DNA of 64,000 nt from Eledone cirrhosa (Eukaryota). The first letter of the stretch is position 1; every line of letters starts with the position of its first letter. Under the pieces are notes generated by a model that was given only the letters and a program-made list of their open reading frames with translations, ran no database searches and was not told the DNA's origin. This document shows, in pieces, positions 1 through 15,168 of the stretch. The stretch is from positions 350,052,001 through 350,116,000 of the forward strand of contig OZ024741.1 of NCBI GenBank assembly GCA_964016885.1, given 5' to 3'. Position numbers and translations under genes: made by a program.

Positions 1-305
1 CACCATACACATGCATTTGTACATACACACATATGTACATTTGTGAGTGTATATACATACATATACACATACCTAACTATATTTCCTTATATTTTTTGTA
101 TATTTTTCTATATTTTTTAATATATCTCTTGCATTACTTTTTTTTTTTTTTTTTTTTTTTTTGCATTTCTTGAGGAGACTTTCCAAATATTTCACTATGT
201 TTTATATTACCTTGTCCGACGAACGAATGAGGACGTTTTTTTCGTATTCGTCTTATTCGGGAAACCTCTGGTAATGAGGTAATTATATTGTATTGTTTAT
301 TATAC

Positions 306-389
<84 letters not shown>

Positions 390-427
390 GTATATATATA
401 TATTATATATATGTATATATATATATG

Positions 428-475
<48 letters not shown>

Positions 476-501
476 TATATACATATATATATATATACAT
501 G

Positions 502-1263
502 TAGTACTAACTGAAGTTGTGTCTGTGTGTGTGCGTGTCCTAATTTTGTCGAAGTCTATACAAATCCACATTTCTACTCCGATTGACTTCAAACTTGCAT
601 TTATATGTTCCTTGCGGTCTAAAGATATTAACTCCAGCTTTTATTTTTCAATTTTCTGTTGTTAAAGGCGTTTTTTTCACTAAAACTTTAAGCCCTTTTT
701 GTCAGTTAGTTCGTAAATTTTGTCTACAATGTTCAAGAGAGACAACTCTTTAGTATTTTGAAAGAGTTACTTCTCTTTATAGACTATATTATCCCTACTT
801 AAACGTACATCCCTTGAAATTGTTGATGGTGACCCCAATAGTAACTCCGAAGCGTTTGGCATCCGATATAACAGTTCGGTCTATATCAGATTGGATAGAT
901 TTTTGTAACCTTAAAAGTATCCAACTAAATTCCTTCATGCTCTCCACCACTGCAGTCCCACATGCCTACTGCTCTGTAACTATTGCTTTCAATGTACCAT
1001 AGCACAACAATACATGTTCGGTTTGTCAAATGCCTTTTTACTTAACCCTATCGTCTTGGCTTTCGTGGGTTGAACATTTTACTTTCAGGCACCCAATTAA
1101 GTTAAACCCCTGGTAATCTACGACGAATTTTTTTTATAAGCATAAAATGTAGACACCATCCCCAGGCCGAGGTATTCGTACTTCTCTGTACTGATTCAGA
1201 AAGGAGGGATAAACATGCCAATCTATGTTTAGAAGCCCGAGCAACGCCGGGCCATTCTGCTAG
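502..1263 (+). mobile_element. Non-autonomous Helitron-like element
   Basis: 3' end CCCGAGCAACGCCGGGCCATTCTG-CTAG followed by T (subterminal hairpin + CTAG|T). The 5' part (CTGAAGTTGTGTCTGTGTGTG) resembles the 5' end of the Helitron at 4597-5512. 5' boundary is lost in a (TA)n tract. Confidence 0.65.
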
Positions 1264-1670
1264 TATATATATATATATATATTTTTTTTTTTATTAATGT
1301 GAAATCGTGTGTTGAAACAAATATTGTTATAATATTGCCAGAAATAATAATAAAACACACTTACTGTTTGGTTTGGATTGGTTTTCGCTTCTGTATAAGA
1401 AAAAACAGTGTCTTTCAATAACCTTTCTGTTATACAGAAGCGAAAACCAATCCAAACCAAACAGTGTGTTTTATTATTATTTCTGGCAATATATACAAAA
1501 CCATTTTTTTTTTCCATTTCAGATACACGCGCTTTATCATCCACTTTTCTAAAAAGCACCAACAGTTTTCCAAGAGATGGCAACATGAATGGATCTGTTA
1601 TTTTTCACTAAAAACATTTTTTTCCGATTCTGCCCTGCTCGTCCCTTCAATCTTTCTAACTTCTCATTCT

Positions 1671-1707
1671 TTCTTCTGATGAAGGTCAAGCGTACGAAAC
1701 GTTAAGA
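1671..1707 (+). ncRNA. Minimal type I hammerhead ribozyme motif (family HH-A)
   Basis: TTCTT-CTGATGA-AGGTCAAGCGTAC-GAAA-C-GTT-AAGA. Helix I TCTT/AAGA; palindromic AACGTT in helix III; helix II degenerate here but intact in the sister copy at 21206-21240. Confidence 0.55.
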
Positions 1708-1828
1708 CCCTCTTCCTGCTATTTCAAGCGTTAAACTAATATATTCCTTCCATATACTGTACCGATTGTGTTGTTATTCCTGTTTACTTTTTACATACAT
1801 ATATATATATACGTGTGTGTGTGTGTGT

Positions 1829-2161
<333 letters not shown>

Positions 2162-2870
2162 TGTATGTTTGCGCGCGTGTGTGTGTGTGTGTGCAAAAGC
2201 GGGGGAAGTAATCGACAACGCAACGTTTCTCGCCGATTAGCATCATCAAGACAACATAAGCTAATGTTTTTCATAAACATCCCGTGTATTATTCAATATA
2301 CAATACGTACATTTTTAATGTAGGCGCACCAATACGAACATTTTTAATTTCAGCCTGGCCGGCTACTGTTCCGTATGCAAATGAGTTTATTAACGATGTA
2401 TTGTCGATTACTTGCCCCTTCTTTTGTTGAGGTTAGGTGTGGGTCGTTTGTCACCACCTTAAAAATTCCTAGCGAAAGGCTTTCAAATGTTTTTCATAAA
2501 CATCCCGTATATTTTCAATATACAATACGTACATATATATATATATATTCATATATATATATATAAATATATTTATATATATATATATTCATATATATAT
2601 ATATAAATATATTTATATATATATATATATATATAAAACGTCTTATACAAAATCACAGAAGGATGAATTACTGTAAAAGCATCTCTCCCTAGGGGCAAAC
2701 ATTTATCCTGACTGCAGTTTCAAAAGAATATTGTATATCCTTTCAATTGATGGATATGGCCTTCATTAACAGTGATTTTGAATATGCTGTTCTATATGTA
2801 TTTGCGTCTCTGAATGAGAATTTATTACCGATCTCACTTCATTGAGATGTTATGTATATTCTGACAATTT

Positions 2871-2942
<72 letters not shown>

Positions 2943-2996
2943 TTGGTCATGTCAGGGTGTAACCGTATGTATATATATAAATAAATATATATATAA

Positions 2997-3204
<208 letters not shown>

Positions 3205-3249
3205 ATATTAAATAAATGGAAACTATATTTATAAAAACCATATTTATTC

Positions 3250-3305
3250 TATTATATATATTTCAAGGGTACCAAAAACTTTGGTACGCTTTCATCAGAT
3301 AAAAT
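3250..3305 (-). ncRNA. Type I hammerhead ribozyme motif of the Penelope pLTR (family HH-B)
   Basis: Minus strand ATTTTAT-CTGATGA-AAGCGTACCAAAGTTTTTGGTACCCTT-GAAA-TATATATAATAG. Long helix II (GTACCAA/TTGGTAC). Sister copy at 20693-20760. Confidence 0.65.
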
Positions 3306-4268
3306 ACAAAGTGTGTTTTATAAATGTTGACATAGCCAAGGAAACATACCTTATCAGTTGAATTAAAGAACGGATTATTCAAATTTTTAGGATGAGTATG
3401 CAAATGAATATGTAAATAAGGTTGAGTTATATGATTGAAAAACCGTTATTTTAAACGCTATGGAAAGTTTATATATATTAGTAGGAGAGAAAGAGAAAAA
3501 GAAAAAGAAAAAGAAAAAAAGGAAATGGAAAAAGAAGAAGACCACTTATATACGTTAATTTGGGGGAAATAAATTTGAATATTTACCTATAATATGTATA
3601 TATTTATATGGAGAATTATGTTTGTAAGTATTTATCTTATTATAATATTGTAGTGGGTTAAATATATAAATATCTAAATATCTATATATATTTTAATAAT
3701 AGCCTATGTGTTATTAAAGAGATAATTTGCAATTATTAGTTGTTTATAATATTAGTTACGAGGGAAGTTCATTTTGTGTTTTATGTAGATAAATAAATAA
3801 ATAAATAAATAAATAAATAGGTAGTTCAAGTTTTAGGTAGTTGTTTATAATATGAGTTACGAGGGACGTTGATTTTGTATTTTATGTAAATAAAGAGGTA
3901 GTCAAAATTATGAATTTATATTTGGATAACTTGTTCGGCTTTGAGAATGTTTTAAATTAACGGAGTTAGGTATAAGTTTATAGGATTGAGAAAGGAAAGA
4001 TAACTCCAATTTTGTTTGTTAATCGATAATTTTTTAAGAGTTAGTGTGAGATTAATTAATTATTTAGTCGAAAGAAATGTGAATGTTTAAACATCGTCTT
4101 GAATAGGATACAATTTACTAAAGTCAGTTAATGGTTATTAATCTACGTTTTAAAAAAATACCTTTAGAGGGTGTCATTGGAAAATATAATATAAGAATTG
4201 AAGAATTAAAAAAAAATTATATAGATATACATAAATATATATAAATATATATAAATATCTATACACAC

Positions 4269-4303
<35 letters not shown>

Positions 4304-4306
4304 AAA

Positions 4307-4410
<104 letters not shown>

Positions 4411-4411
4411 T

Positions 4412-4465
<54 letters not shown>

Positions 4466-4596
4466 GAAATTTTTGCTAAAAGGTGAAAGTGCTACAAATA
4501 TTAGAGATATTACCATTTAGAGATATTAATATATTAAAATATTAAAAATTTAAATTGTTAAAGAAGATAGGATCATTTTGAAGATTTATAGGAATA

Positions 4597-5512
4597 CTAG
4601 CAGTGGTACCCGGCGTTGCACGGGATAAGGTATTTTGTAACGCGGGCCATCAACAGACCTAATCGTGGAAAAACTGCATGCGTGGACAATATGTAAATAA
4701 AATAAACCGAATACTCTGGTGGCTGGATAATCTTTAAGATTTTCCTCGATGAAGCAGGAAAAATGCAGGTTTTCACCTAATGCGGGCCCTAGGGATCAGA
4801 AAATGAATTTTTTTAATGTGCATAATATGCTTGAAATTTCGGGAAAATCAGCTAGACATAACGCCTCAAAAAAGCTCTAAAGAGCTGAAAAAATAAAGTT
4901 TTTCATCTAATGCGGGCCCTAGGCCATAAAAAGTTGGATTTTCTTTGCTCACGGTATGAAGAAGAGACTGACTAATACATAGTTACAATTTCAAGGAAAT
5001 CAGTCCGACGTAACGACTCATAAAACCCTAAAAACCTGAAAAAACGCAGTTTTTCACCTAATGTGGGCCCTAGGGGATCAAAAAGTTGAATTTTAATGTG
5101 CATAACACTCCCTGAAATATAAGTAATACACATGTAAAGTTTGCAAAAAGTCGGTTTGGTACTTCTCGAGTTTTAGGGATTCACACAGACACACACACAC
5201 ACACAGACATCCTCAGGGAAGTGACGTAATGCAGACAGACAGACATACAGACAGATATTATAAGGGTGCGACGTCATATGTATGTATCTATCTAAAAAGA
5301 GACAGACTAAGAATTATAGAGAGAGATCGCTAAATCGCCTAATGCGGTCCCTAGGGCATTGAACATTTGAAATTCTTTTTGCTCAGAACACTCCCTGAAA
5401 CATAAGTATTACATGTGTAAAGTTTGAAAACAGTCGGTTGGGTGGTTCTCGAGTTTTAGGGAATCAAACTCACACACACACAGACAGACATCCTCAGTTT
5501 TATATATAAAGA
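4597..5512 (-). mobile_element. Non-autonomous Helitron, both ends intact
   Basis: Minus strand starts A|TCTTTATATATAAAAC and ends CCCGTGCAACGCCGGGTACCACTG-CTAG|T. This gives 5'-TC, a 3' hairpin + CTAG, an A|T target and no TSD. Internal repeats of CTAATG(C/T)GG(G/T)CCCTAGG near 4.78, 4.91, 5.06 and 5.34 kb. Confidence 0.85.
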
Positions 5513-6321
5513 TTATAAATTACACATAGTTCTGAATATAGAATTTTGGCGATGTCTGCAAGAATTAAATAATTCTGTCCTGAGATTAATAGAGTTTTGA
5601 CAGTTAATTATATAAAAAATTTCTTCGATACACAATTTACAGAATTTTGATAAAGCCATATTTCGGTACGCAGGTGCTTTCGAAATCATTTTTGAAGATA
5701 TTGAATAGTCTATATTCTTGCTTTTTAAGTTCCATATGGGATGTGAAAGAGAAGTAGAAGATTTTTTATGAGATCTTCTGAAAGAATGATTATGGTTATT
5801 CCAGCGATCTTTAAATTTTGTAGAAGTGGCACCTACATAGTTAAATATATTATCACTAGATTTAACTATGCATTTATAGACTACGTTTATATCTAAACAC
5901 TTATTTTGTAAAGGGCAATTTGATTTGATTCTACAGTTACATTTTACGTAGTTGTTGTTGTTCGGAACGGTACTATTATGTTGGATATTGCTAGAAATAT
6001 TATTATTGCTATTATGGTTATTTTGGTTAGGGTTTAAATTTAAGTTTCTATTATTAATTCTATGTATATGTTGTGCTATGTTCATAGTAGTAGAGTAGGA
6101 TAGTTTTATAGTATGTCTGTTAAAGATTGAGTGTTATCTGTGGGCTTTAAGTAAACAGTTTCTAGTGCTTTAAAGAATAGTTTTGCTAAAGGTGTTTTAA
6201 CGCTTAATGAGAATGGGGGTGAGTACCAAATAATATTTCTAGTTCTAGTTCTTTTGTTTGGTTTAGAGTTTAAGTTAAATTTTTTATTATCATTATAATT
6301 AATACTAGGGTGATTTGCCAT
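5513..6321 (-). pseudogene. Penelope (Naiad-type) linker + GIY-YIG endonuclease, frameshifted
   Basis: CNCRIKSNCPLQNKCL..VVYKC..NYVGATSTKFKDRWNNHNHSF..STSLS..IWNLK..CKLCIEE..INLRTELFNSCRHR. Cys-rich linker, VVY/YVG motif, CxxC and CRH end as in Naiad-clade PLEs. Confidence 0.85.
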
Positions 6322-6606
6322 GTTATTGTTGTCAATGTATTTAATTTTATTCGAATACCCTGCTCTATTTAAAGCTTCATTATAGTATTCAGCCTTATCA
6401 TCAAAAATATTTTTGTTAGCAGAGATGCGTGAAATCCGTTGTTGAACACTATTGACAATAGTGTTCTTAATAGATTTAGGATGATTAGAGTTAAAACTTG
6501 CGTAATTTAGATTTTCGTTAATTTACTCCAGAAGACTGTCGAGTGCTCTGAATCAGTTATAAACATTTATATTTGTTGAATTTCCAACAAATTAAATATT
6601 CCTCTA

Positions 6607-6678
<72 letters not shown>

Positions 6679-6681
<3 letters not shown>

Positions 6682-6925
6682 CTCACTATAAAAGCTTCAC
6701 GGCACAGGCATTGCTTTATATCTGGAGAGATCTCTGCACTTGTCGTCACATGGTACCATGGGCCCAGCACTATGTGACAATAATTGTCACAGGTGTAGTG
6801 TTTGTACCAGAGTTTTCAAGTCGCTGGCTGGATTAAAAAGTCACACTCGTTCAGCGCATCGGTAGGGGTTCTCCTACATGGATATAAAGTAGTGGCCGTA
6901 CTCGAAAACGAGTTGGCAGCCACCA
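6679..6925 (+). mobile_element. Bipartite non-autonomous RTE derivative (family B), 5'-truncated, inside (TA)n
   Basis: Near-identical to 54719-55171 and 59615-60170. Encodes the last C2H2 finger of an RTE ORF (CSVCTRVFKSLAGLKSHTRSAHR*). Confidence 0.8.
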
Positions 6926-7049
6926 TATATATATATATATCTGTCTGTATGTCTGACTGTCTGCATTATGTCACTTCCCTGAGGATGTCTGTCTGTGTGT
7001 GTGTGTGTGTGTCTGTGAGTTTGAATCCCTAAAAATATATATATATATA

Positions 7050-7607
7050 AGTTTGTATGTATACGTACATACATATATGTATACAGACGTACAGTAGTAT
7101 GTATATATATACATACATGCACACATATATATATGTACGTATCGGTTTACCGAACATTTATTATAATGTTCGGTTTGTTCGTTTGTAAACAAACAAACAG
7201 CCCTAATTACGCCGTACGGTCTTCAAGCAACCTTCGTCGCCCTTTTGTTCAACACTGACACAGGAACAATGTACTAGTTTCAAGCTTATTAGCTATCGTC
7301 AGCATCGTATACCTTTCTGTCAGATGATTGAACGTCTGAAAGTATATACTTTCCTTATGCATATTAACGGCTGAGCAGCCTAATTTGCATATCGAGTGAG
7401 TTAGTCGGCCGGGCGCACCGAAAACGATAAATGGAAAAGAATGCAACGAAATTTCATTTCTCACTCTTAGTACAGCTGATACTTAAATGTAAGTATGTAT
7501 GTATACGTACATACATATATGTTTACCGTATACATATATGTATACCGTATACCTATAAGTATCAGCCGTACTAAGAGTGAGAAATGAAATTTTGTTTCAT
7601 TCTTTTC
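7050..7607. mobile_element. Hammerhead-containing non-coding repeat (470-bp family), with inverted end
   Basis: Homologous to 13815-14215 and 23400-24298. 7560-7607 is an inverted copy of about 7432-7483. Confidence 0.7.
7265..7309 (-). ncRNA. Type I hammerhead ribozyme motif (family HH-C)
   Basis: CGATG-CTGACGA-TAGCTAATAAGCTT-GAAA-CTA-GTA-CATTG. Helix I CGATG/CATTG, helix II AGCT/AGCT, palindromic ACTAGT, GUA triplet. Confidence 0.7.
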
Positions 7608-8059
7608 TATATATATATATACATTTATATATATATTTATATATATTTATATATACATTTATTTCTTTTTTTATTTACTTATTTATTTATTTATATGTGT
7701 GTATGTATACATGCATGTATGAGTATGGATGTATGTATTTGGTTACACTATTTATATTTGTGCATGTGTATAACAAGATGCATCCTTTCATGGATGACGC
7801 TGTACGACCCACTGTGCAGTTTTATATGACTGAGTATATCATATTTGAGTACGGGCAGATACATGTGTGCGTGTATGTATCTTTGTAGATGTACGTGGGC
7901 ACGGAGGTAATTGGGCGCGTATTTGTTTGAATGTATATGAGCCAGTGTGTGTGTGTGCACGCGCGTGTGTGCGTGTGAGAGCTGATGTACTCGAGCATGT
8001 AGGCAGGCGTCTGTGGACGCGTATGTTGTTAGTTATATGGTTGTGTGCGTGTGTGTGTG

Positions 8060-8127
<68 letters not shown>

Positions 8128-8137
8128 TATATATGTG

Positions 8138-8208
<71 letters not shown>

Positions 8209-8661
8209 TATATGTGTATGTATGTGTGTATGTATGTATATTTGTGTGTATGTGTATATGTGCATGTGTATGTGTGTGCGTATATGTGTATATGTGTGTG
8301 CGAGTGGACTTGGGAAATATCAAACCCACCATAAATTCATTGAAGTGTGTCTGCCAGAGGGTAGCTGATGGACAGCCTGACTGCAACTATTGGCCAGAAT
8401 TTATGATGACGTAGATAAACAACAGCCAACAGCAGGACAAGCGAGGAAGATGTTTTTTTACGCTAACAGAAATTTTGATCCGGATTTATTGCCAGTGTCC
8501 GAAGAACCTGCAGTTTCCAGAATCAGACAGATCCATACAATGATCGTGTCTCGAGCTGTCTGCCGGCGAAACAATTGTAACACACAATAAATTGAGTCCA
8601 GATGAATTCACTGATTTTTCGTTTTATATTAAATGTTAAGTGTTAATTGAACAAGTACTTG

Positions 8662-8783
8662 CATGCTTTCGCAATCTTCAGGTTCATATTCTGTGGTGAC
8701 AGTCAAGTTTGCAAGAAAATTGCAAGAAAATTGCAAACTTGACTGTCACCACAGAATATGAACCTGAAGATTGCGAAAGCATG
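8662..8783. repeat. Perfect inverted repeat, 53-bp arms, 16-nt spacer
   Basis: 8662-8714 is the reverse complement of 8731-8783; the spacer duplicates TTGCAAGAAAA. Confidence 0.9.
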
Positions 8784-8863
8784 AAAGTATATATATACGG
8801 TTACAACCTGACATGACCAAAACCAAACAGAAAGCGGTGGAAGTCAACTAAGGAGCAGTTATA

Positions 8864-8962
<99 letters not shown>

Positions 8963-9704
8963 GGTAAACAGAAATAACAACACAATCGGTACAGTATATG
9001 GAAGGAATGTATTAGGTTGACGCTTGAAATCATATATATATATGAAATATAGTAGCTCCAGCGCAAATAATTAAACCAATATATAAATATTTAGCATATA
9101 TTGGTGTGGTGGCGCGCTGGTTGCTATTTTAATGGTTGTGGTTGAAGTGTTAGTGAAATGCTGTTCACTGTTTTGTTGTGATAAACAGTCAGGGCCAATA
9201 ATAAATCGAGACAATCCAATAAATTGCTGATTTTTATATTTGTTATTTGTAGCATGCTATACAAGGACATCCTGTCGCGAATCATAAAACAACCTGGACA
9301 TGTGGAAGGTTTGATGTATCAGACAGGGTCTCGTTAATAAGTTGCTAGATGTATTATTCATAAATAAAAGCTTTTTGTTATGACATGTGGAATTTGTGAA
9401 TGAATGTATGAATGCGAAGACGTTGGTTGAGATAAGATATTGCATTGTGCAGGGTAGATTTTCTGACCTAAGTGCTCTGTCCAGGCTGCAGCATTGCCTT
9501 AAAATCAAGTGACTCTTTCGGCCCGAGTATGAGCTCTCAACTGTGTCAGTGACCAGCAGAGAGAGAGAGAGAGAGAAGATGGCGAAGTCAGCTTGATTTG
9601 GCTTACATACCCGTAGGTCTCATAATAGCTATTTCTGGTTATAATGTTGAAGATATTTTAGTAGTCTGCTCTTCATATCCGCAGATTTACCCATGATTAT
9701 TTCG

Positions 9705-9906
9705 CTACATATCGGACCGAAACAATGTTTGGCGGTGGTCTTTCCAGTTGCTAATACTATCTATCGGTCGCAACTCCAGGTAGAAGGAGCAACGTGAAAT
9801 AAAGTGTTTTGCTCAAGGACATAATGCATCGCCCGGTCCAGGTATCGAACTCACAACCTCACGATTGCGAATCCAATTCTCTAACCACTCAGCTACGCGC
9901 CTTCAC
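9705..9906 (-). mobile_element. tRNA-derived SINE (family S1)
   Basis: Minus-strand head GAAGGCGCGTAGCTGAGTGGTTAGAG (A box)...GAGTTCGATACC (B box), followed by the shared body. Confidence 0.8.
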
Positions 9907-10019
9907 ACTACATATACCCAATCCAGGACCTTCTCACTCATATAGGAGGAACCGTTCCTTGGTTGACCGCCACCGCTTTTGTTTGGCTTTGGTCAAGCCA
10001 GGGTGTAACTGTACTCACC

Positions 10020-10205
10020 ACGCTTGACTAATTGCAAGTTGATGAGGCTATTTAACCCATAGTTGGGGTGGATGGCCATTGAGTCTGAGGAGTTCATCTG
10101 CCCTTTTAACAGCACCTATTTTTGTGCTGCTGGGATTCTACTTACCCTCCTCACTAGACCAGGGTTTGGTGGGGGAGATGGTTTAGTCCCAGACCACTCG
10201 ACCAT
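10020..10205 (-). mobile_element. RTE-type 5' UTR remnant
   Basis: ACCCTCCTCAC..TTGGTGGGG..GTTTAGTC..CGACCA aligns by eye with the 5' head of family B at 60090-60152. Confidence 0.5.
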
Positions 10206-10423
10206 ATATACTCACTATATATTCTGACTGGAAAGCACTTTGAGTTTTGCTTTCTGCGGCTTAATCAACCAGCTTGGTTGAATAAGCCCTGGAAGATGAT
10301 ACTCGCAGTCATAAATTTAACTCTGCTAATGTATTAACTCGCCCCTTCCAACCACTATCTTTTTTTTATAGTTCTATATATTAACATTTATAAATATATG
10401 TATGTATATATGTGTATACTTAC

Positions 10424-10521
<98 letters not shown>

Positions 10522-11899
10522 TGTGTGAGAGACAGCGAGAGTAGAAGACAGACTGAGGGTGAAAGAAACAGACAAACGGACAAACAGACAGACAAATGGG
10601 TAGACAGATGCACATGTGCTTTACATCACGGATTTTAACTCATCAAAAAACAATGCGATAAGGATTTTTTTTAATTCAAAATATATTTAATTTCTTAGTG
10701 CAATATAAAAAGTTGAATAGGGCTTGAAGGATCTTCGGTATAAAATAGACATATCTATATTTCCTTTATCTATTTATATATATGTAATTCGTTCCCTTTC
10801 CCTCTACCCCCATCCCACATACACCAGTTGTTGCCTCTGATGAAGTCGCTATGGTCGCCATTTTTGTCTTCTACACTTACAATCGAACTAGCTTGATGCC
10901 ATTTCCTAGTTTAGTCACGAATTTTACCGTCAATACATACATAGCTTGAACTTACCTTTTCTGACCAATCAGATTAGTTCTTCATGACCTGCTATTTTAG
11001 TCACATTTTCTCTATAAATATAGGCACATTTTTGTTATAGTTGTAAATTTGAAAATCCCTACATGTCTCATCAAAAGGGACGAGTGTGTTAGTTGAAACG
11101 TGTGTGGAACTGGCGTGCAACTAGTTGAATTTAGTGAAACAGAGGCCATTGTAGTAGCAATAGAAAAGTTAGAGCGGTAAGACAATGTGTCCGAGAGCTA
11201 GAAGTTGAAATGTGTTGGTGGGTGTTTCCTTGGTAATCAGACAGATGACCTTGTTTTAAAAACGGTCCAGTATATTAATATATGTAGCAGTTGCAGCCCA
11301 CCGAATGTTGAAACAGTATTTCATTGTGAGATTTATTTCAGCTTTGTACAGTCAAAAGTTATTAAGAGGTGAAGTATTTTAGCTCTAAAGAGGAAAGTTC
11401 GTCTTTCGGACGTAGTCTTTTGGTTATGAATGTGAGATCGCCATCATTTCGTGAAGCCTAGCATTTGTAGAGAGAGTTTTAATAGCGTGATGTCCAAAAC
11501 AAAAAACATTACCGTACAAAATTGTTTTCTTGATATCTTCAGTAAGTGCGTCTTTTTCCTGTCGAAGGAAACAAGTTTGTTTTTGTTTCCATTTTTATAA
11601 TGCTTTCGGGGTCATTGATCATTGAGCTGTACAGAATCATGTGATATGTCTATGAAGGAATGTAAAGTGAGAGATATTTAGATGGATGGATGGATGGATG
11701 GCTAGATGGATGGACGAACGGGAGGACACGTAATTCCTGATGGAATCGAAAGGGTGCTTTAGTGACATGCGGCGAGATTCGGGTATTTTAATCCAGACGG
11801 AGCCCATCCCTCTCCAAGTCTTAACATAACCAATTTCTTCCAGAGAACGAGGGAGACTGATAAAACGGAAGTGAGAAAAAGATGTAAAGGAGAAATCGA

Positions 11900-12050
11900 C
11901 CTCAGTACTGAACTGGTACTATTATCGATCTCAAAAGGATGAAAGGTAAAGTTGACCTCTGTAGATGTTGAACTCAGAGAGCAGAGATCCGGAACAAATA
12001 CCTCACAACATTCTATTCGACTTTTTAATGTCTCTGCTAATTCGCCGCCT
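11900..12050 (-). mobile_element. SINE (family S2), diverged
   Basis: AGGATGAAAGGTAAAGTTGACCTC...GAACTCAGA...AATTCGCCGCC, homologous to S2 copies at 25.7-26.1 and 57-59 kb. Confidence 0.6.
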
Positions 12051-12249
12051 TATATATTTATAAACTTTTATTCAATGATTTATACAGCACACGCATTCAA
12101 TGATTTATATAGCACACTCATGCCCGTGTGGTGAAAAAGATCACTTCATAACCACGTGGTTTCCGGTTTCCTCACACTGCATGGCACCTTAGACACTATA
12201 GTTTCGGGTTGACAAATACCATGCGAATAAAATTTTGTATGTATATATC

Positions 12250-12410
12250 ATATTTCCTGGATCGGACGATGCGTTATGTCCTTGAGCAAGACATTTTATT
12301 TCACGTTGCTCCTTCTACCTGGAGTTGCGACCGATAGATAGTATTAGCAATTGGAAAGACCAACGGAAACATTGTTTCCTCGGCCCGATTTGACGAAAGT
12401 CGATCGATCC
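12250..12410 (+). mobile_element. tRNA-derived SINE body (family S1)
   Basis: Near-identical to the reverse complement of 19625-19790. Confidence 0.75.
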
Positions 12411-12422
12411 TTTTTATATATC

Positions 12423-12500
<78 letters not shown>

Positions 12501-13525
12501 AGGGCGGTGCTCTAGCATGGCCTCAGCCGGATGGCTGGAACAGGTAAAAGAGAATATATATATAAAAAAACACACACACATAGAACAAACCAACTAGTAA
12601 CATGTAAATAAACAAATAAATAAACAAATAAAAACACACACAGACATCCGGATGTAACGCATGCGCAAACTAAGCACACAACACACACAAAAACAAGATG
12701 GCGTAGGACAGAACAAAGGAGGGGCACAAAACAAAGAAAAGAATCCCCAGTCACTGAAGAGGTCACATAATGTGTGACGAAAGAACTTTGACAATATATG
12801 AACAACCGTCCAGTTGTGGAACTAACCGACCAACCGGAAATTTTAAATTGGAGTGAAAGCAACTGGTGCGTGTGTTTCTTATTGGCAACATGACCCTCCC
12901 AAAGTATAACAATATCGGTTTCAACACACGTTTTCAGAAAAAGAATCTTGCTAAACAAATTCAGAAACGAAAAGAATATATATATATATATATTAAAACA
13001 ATATTGTCTATGATCGAGAAGAAGTGAGAATGTATTTGAATTTTAAAAAATGAGAAAACTCGTCGATAGAACTGCCGTTAAAACAGCTAAATGCTTTCAA
13101 AGACAACGATGGGCAAAATGCCTCAGGGAACAGAGGCCAGCGGTCAACATGTGGCAGATGTTGACATTTCGGTTTCAGGCAAGGCAGGCATATCAAAAGC
13201 AAAAGCAAAATATTATTTACATTTAAACACCTGTCTGGCGACAACACATTGGATAACTGTTACATAATGACTTTATGGTGCCTTTAAAATGTACATAATA
13301 AATGTGACTATAAACTGAAGGTAAATACCGTCTCTTCTCCTTTTCTTAATATATATATGTATATATGTTGGACACCAACTTTATTATTATAACCTTAATT
13401 CGTTACAGATGATCATATGTTTCGCTCTGTACGTGACTTTCAAACGTTTTCCTTTGATAAGCTCTCACAGTACGAAACATGACCACCTGTAAGAACCATT
13501 TTAACGTAAAGCAATTTATGTGTGC

Positions 13526-13592
<67 letters not shown>

Positions 13593-13702
13593 TATATCAT
13601 ATATATATATATATATATATACATACATACATACATAAATTCATGCATACATACATAATACATACATACTCAAACAAGTATATAATATATATATACTCAA
13701 AC

Positions 13703-13814
<112 letters not shown>

Positions 13815-14215
13815 GTATGCTGCTCAGCCGTTAATATGCATAAGGAAAGTATATACTTTGAAACGTTCAATCATCTGACAGGAAGGTATACGATGCTGAC
13901 GATAGCTAATAAGCTTGAAACTAGTTCATCTTTCCTTTGTCAGTGTTGAACAAAAGGGCGACGATGGTTGCCGAACACTGTACGGCTTCATTCGGGCTGT
14001 TTGTTTACAAACAAACCCAACATTATAATAAATGTTCGGTAAACCCATACGTACATATATATGTGTGCGTGTATGTATATATATACATACTACTGTACGT
14101 CTGTATACATATGTACGTATACATATGTACGTATACATATGTACGTATACATACTTACATTTAAGTATCAGCCGTACTAAGAGTGAGAAATGAAATTTCA
14201 TTTCATTCTTTTCCA
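13815..14215 (+). mobile_element. 470-bp hammerhead repeat family copy (hammerhead at 13891-13931, + strand)
   Basis: CGATG-CTGACGA-TAGCTAATAAGCTT-GAAA-CTA-GTT-CATC. The remainder is the reverse complement of 7050-7380 plus the 7.43-7.5 kb segment. Confidence 0.7.
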
Positions 14216-14236
14216 TATATATATATATACTCAAAC

Positions 14237-14267
<31 letters not shown>

Positions 14268-14276
14268 CTCAAACAA

Positions 14277-14353
<77 letters not shown>

Positions 14354-14749
14354 GTTTGAGTATGTATGTATTGTGTATATATGCATGAATTTATGTATGT
14401 ATGTATGTATGCATGAATTCGTGTATATATGTATATATGTATATACGTATGTATGTATAACCCTACAATATTTACCATCTGCAAGAACATATCGCAAGTC
14501 AATTTAAACCCTACTAACCCAGATTTATAGGTTTTGGTTCTTTATTATTATTGTTATTATTAGTTCTTATTATTTTTGTTTCTTTACATATTATTTTTCA
14601 TTTTGTTTTTGTTTTTTGTTTTGTTTTTTGTTGTTTTTGTTGTTTTTTTTGTTTTGTTTTGTTTTGTTTACTGCTTTCCACTTCAATCCCGATATGCCAA
14701 TATATAAAATAATTAAAAAATTGAATTAAAAAAATACGTAATAAAATAT

Positions 14750-15122
14750 GTTGCTATTGCTGCTATTGTTGTGGTGGTGGTGGTGGTGGTTATTGTTGTG
14801 GCTGTTGTTGTTGTTGTTGCCGTTGTTGCTATTGTTATAGTTATTGTTGTTGCTGCTACTGTTGTTGATGTTCTTGTTATTGTTGCTGTTGTTGTTGCTG
14901 CTGTTGTTGTTCTTGCTGTTGTTGTTCTTGTTCTTGTTGCTGTTGTTGTTGTTGCTGTTGTTATTATGGTTATTGTTGTTGCTGTTGTTGTTGTTCTTGT
15001 TGTTGTTGTTGTTGTTGCTGTTGTTATTATGGTTATTGTTGTTGCTGTTGTTGTTGTTACTGTTGCTGTTGTTGTTATTATGGTTATCGTAGTTGTTGTT
15101 GTTACTGCTCTCACTGTTCTTT

Positions 15123-15168
<46 letters not shown>

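Noticed and set aside
210-285. Hammerhead-like folds here and at about 22825-22875
   Set aside because: Core reads CCGACGA/CCGGTGA and helix I is poor; degenerate at best.
288-665. YI-, CV- and HT-repeat ORFs throughout the window
   Set aside because: Translations of (TA)n, (TG)n and (TACA)n microsatellites.
9830-9906. tRNA genes
   Set aside because: The A/B boxes are SINE heads fused to a repeated body; no complete cloverleaf.
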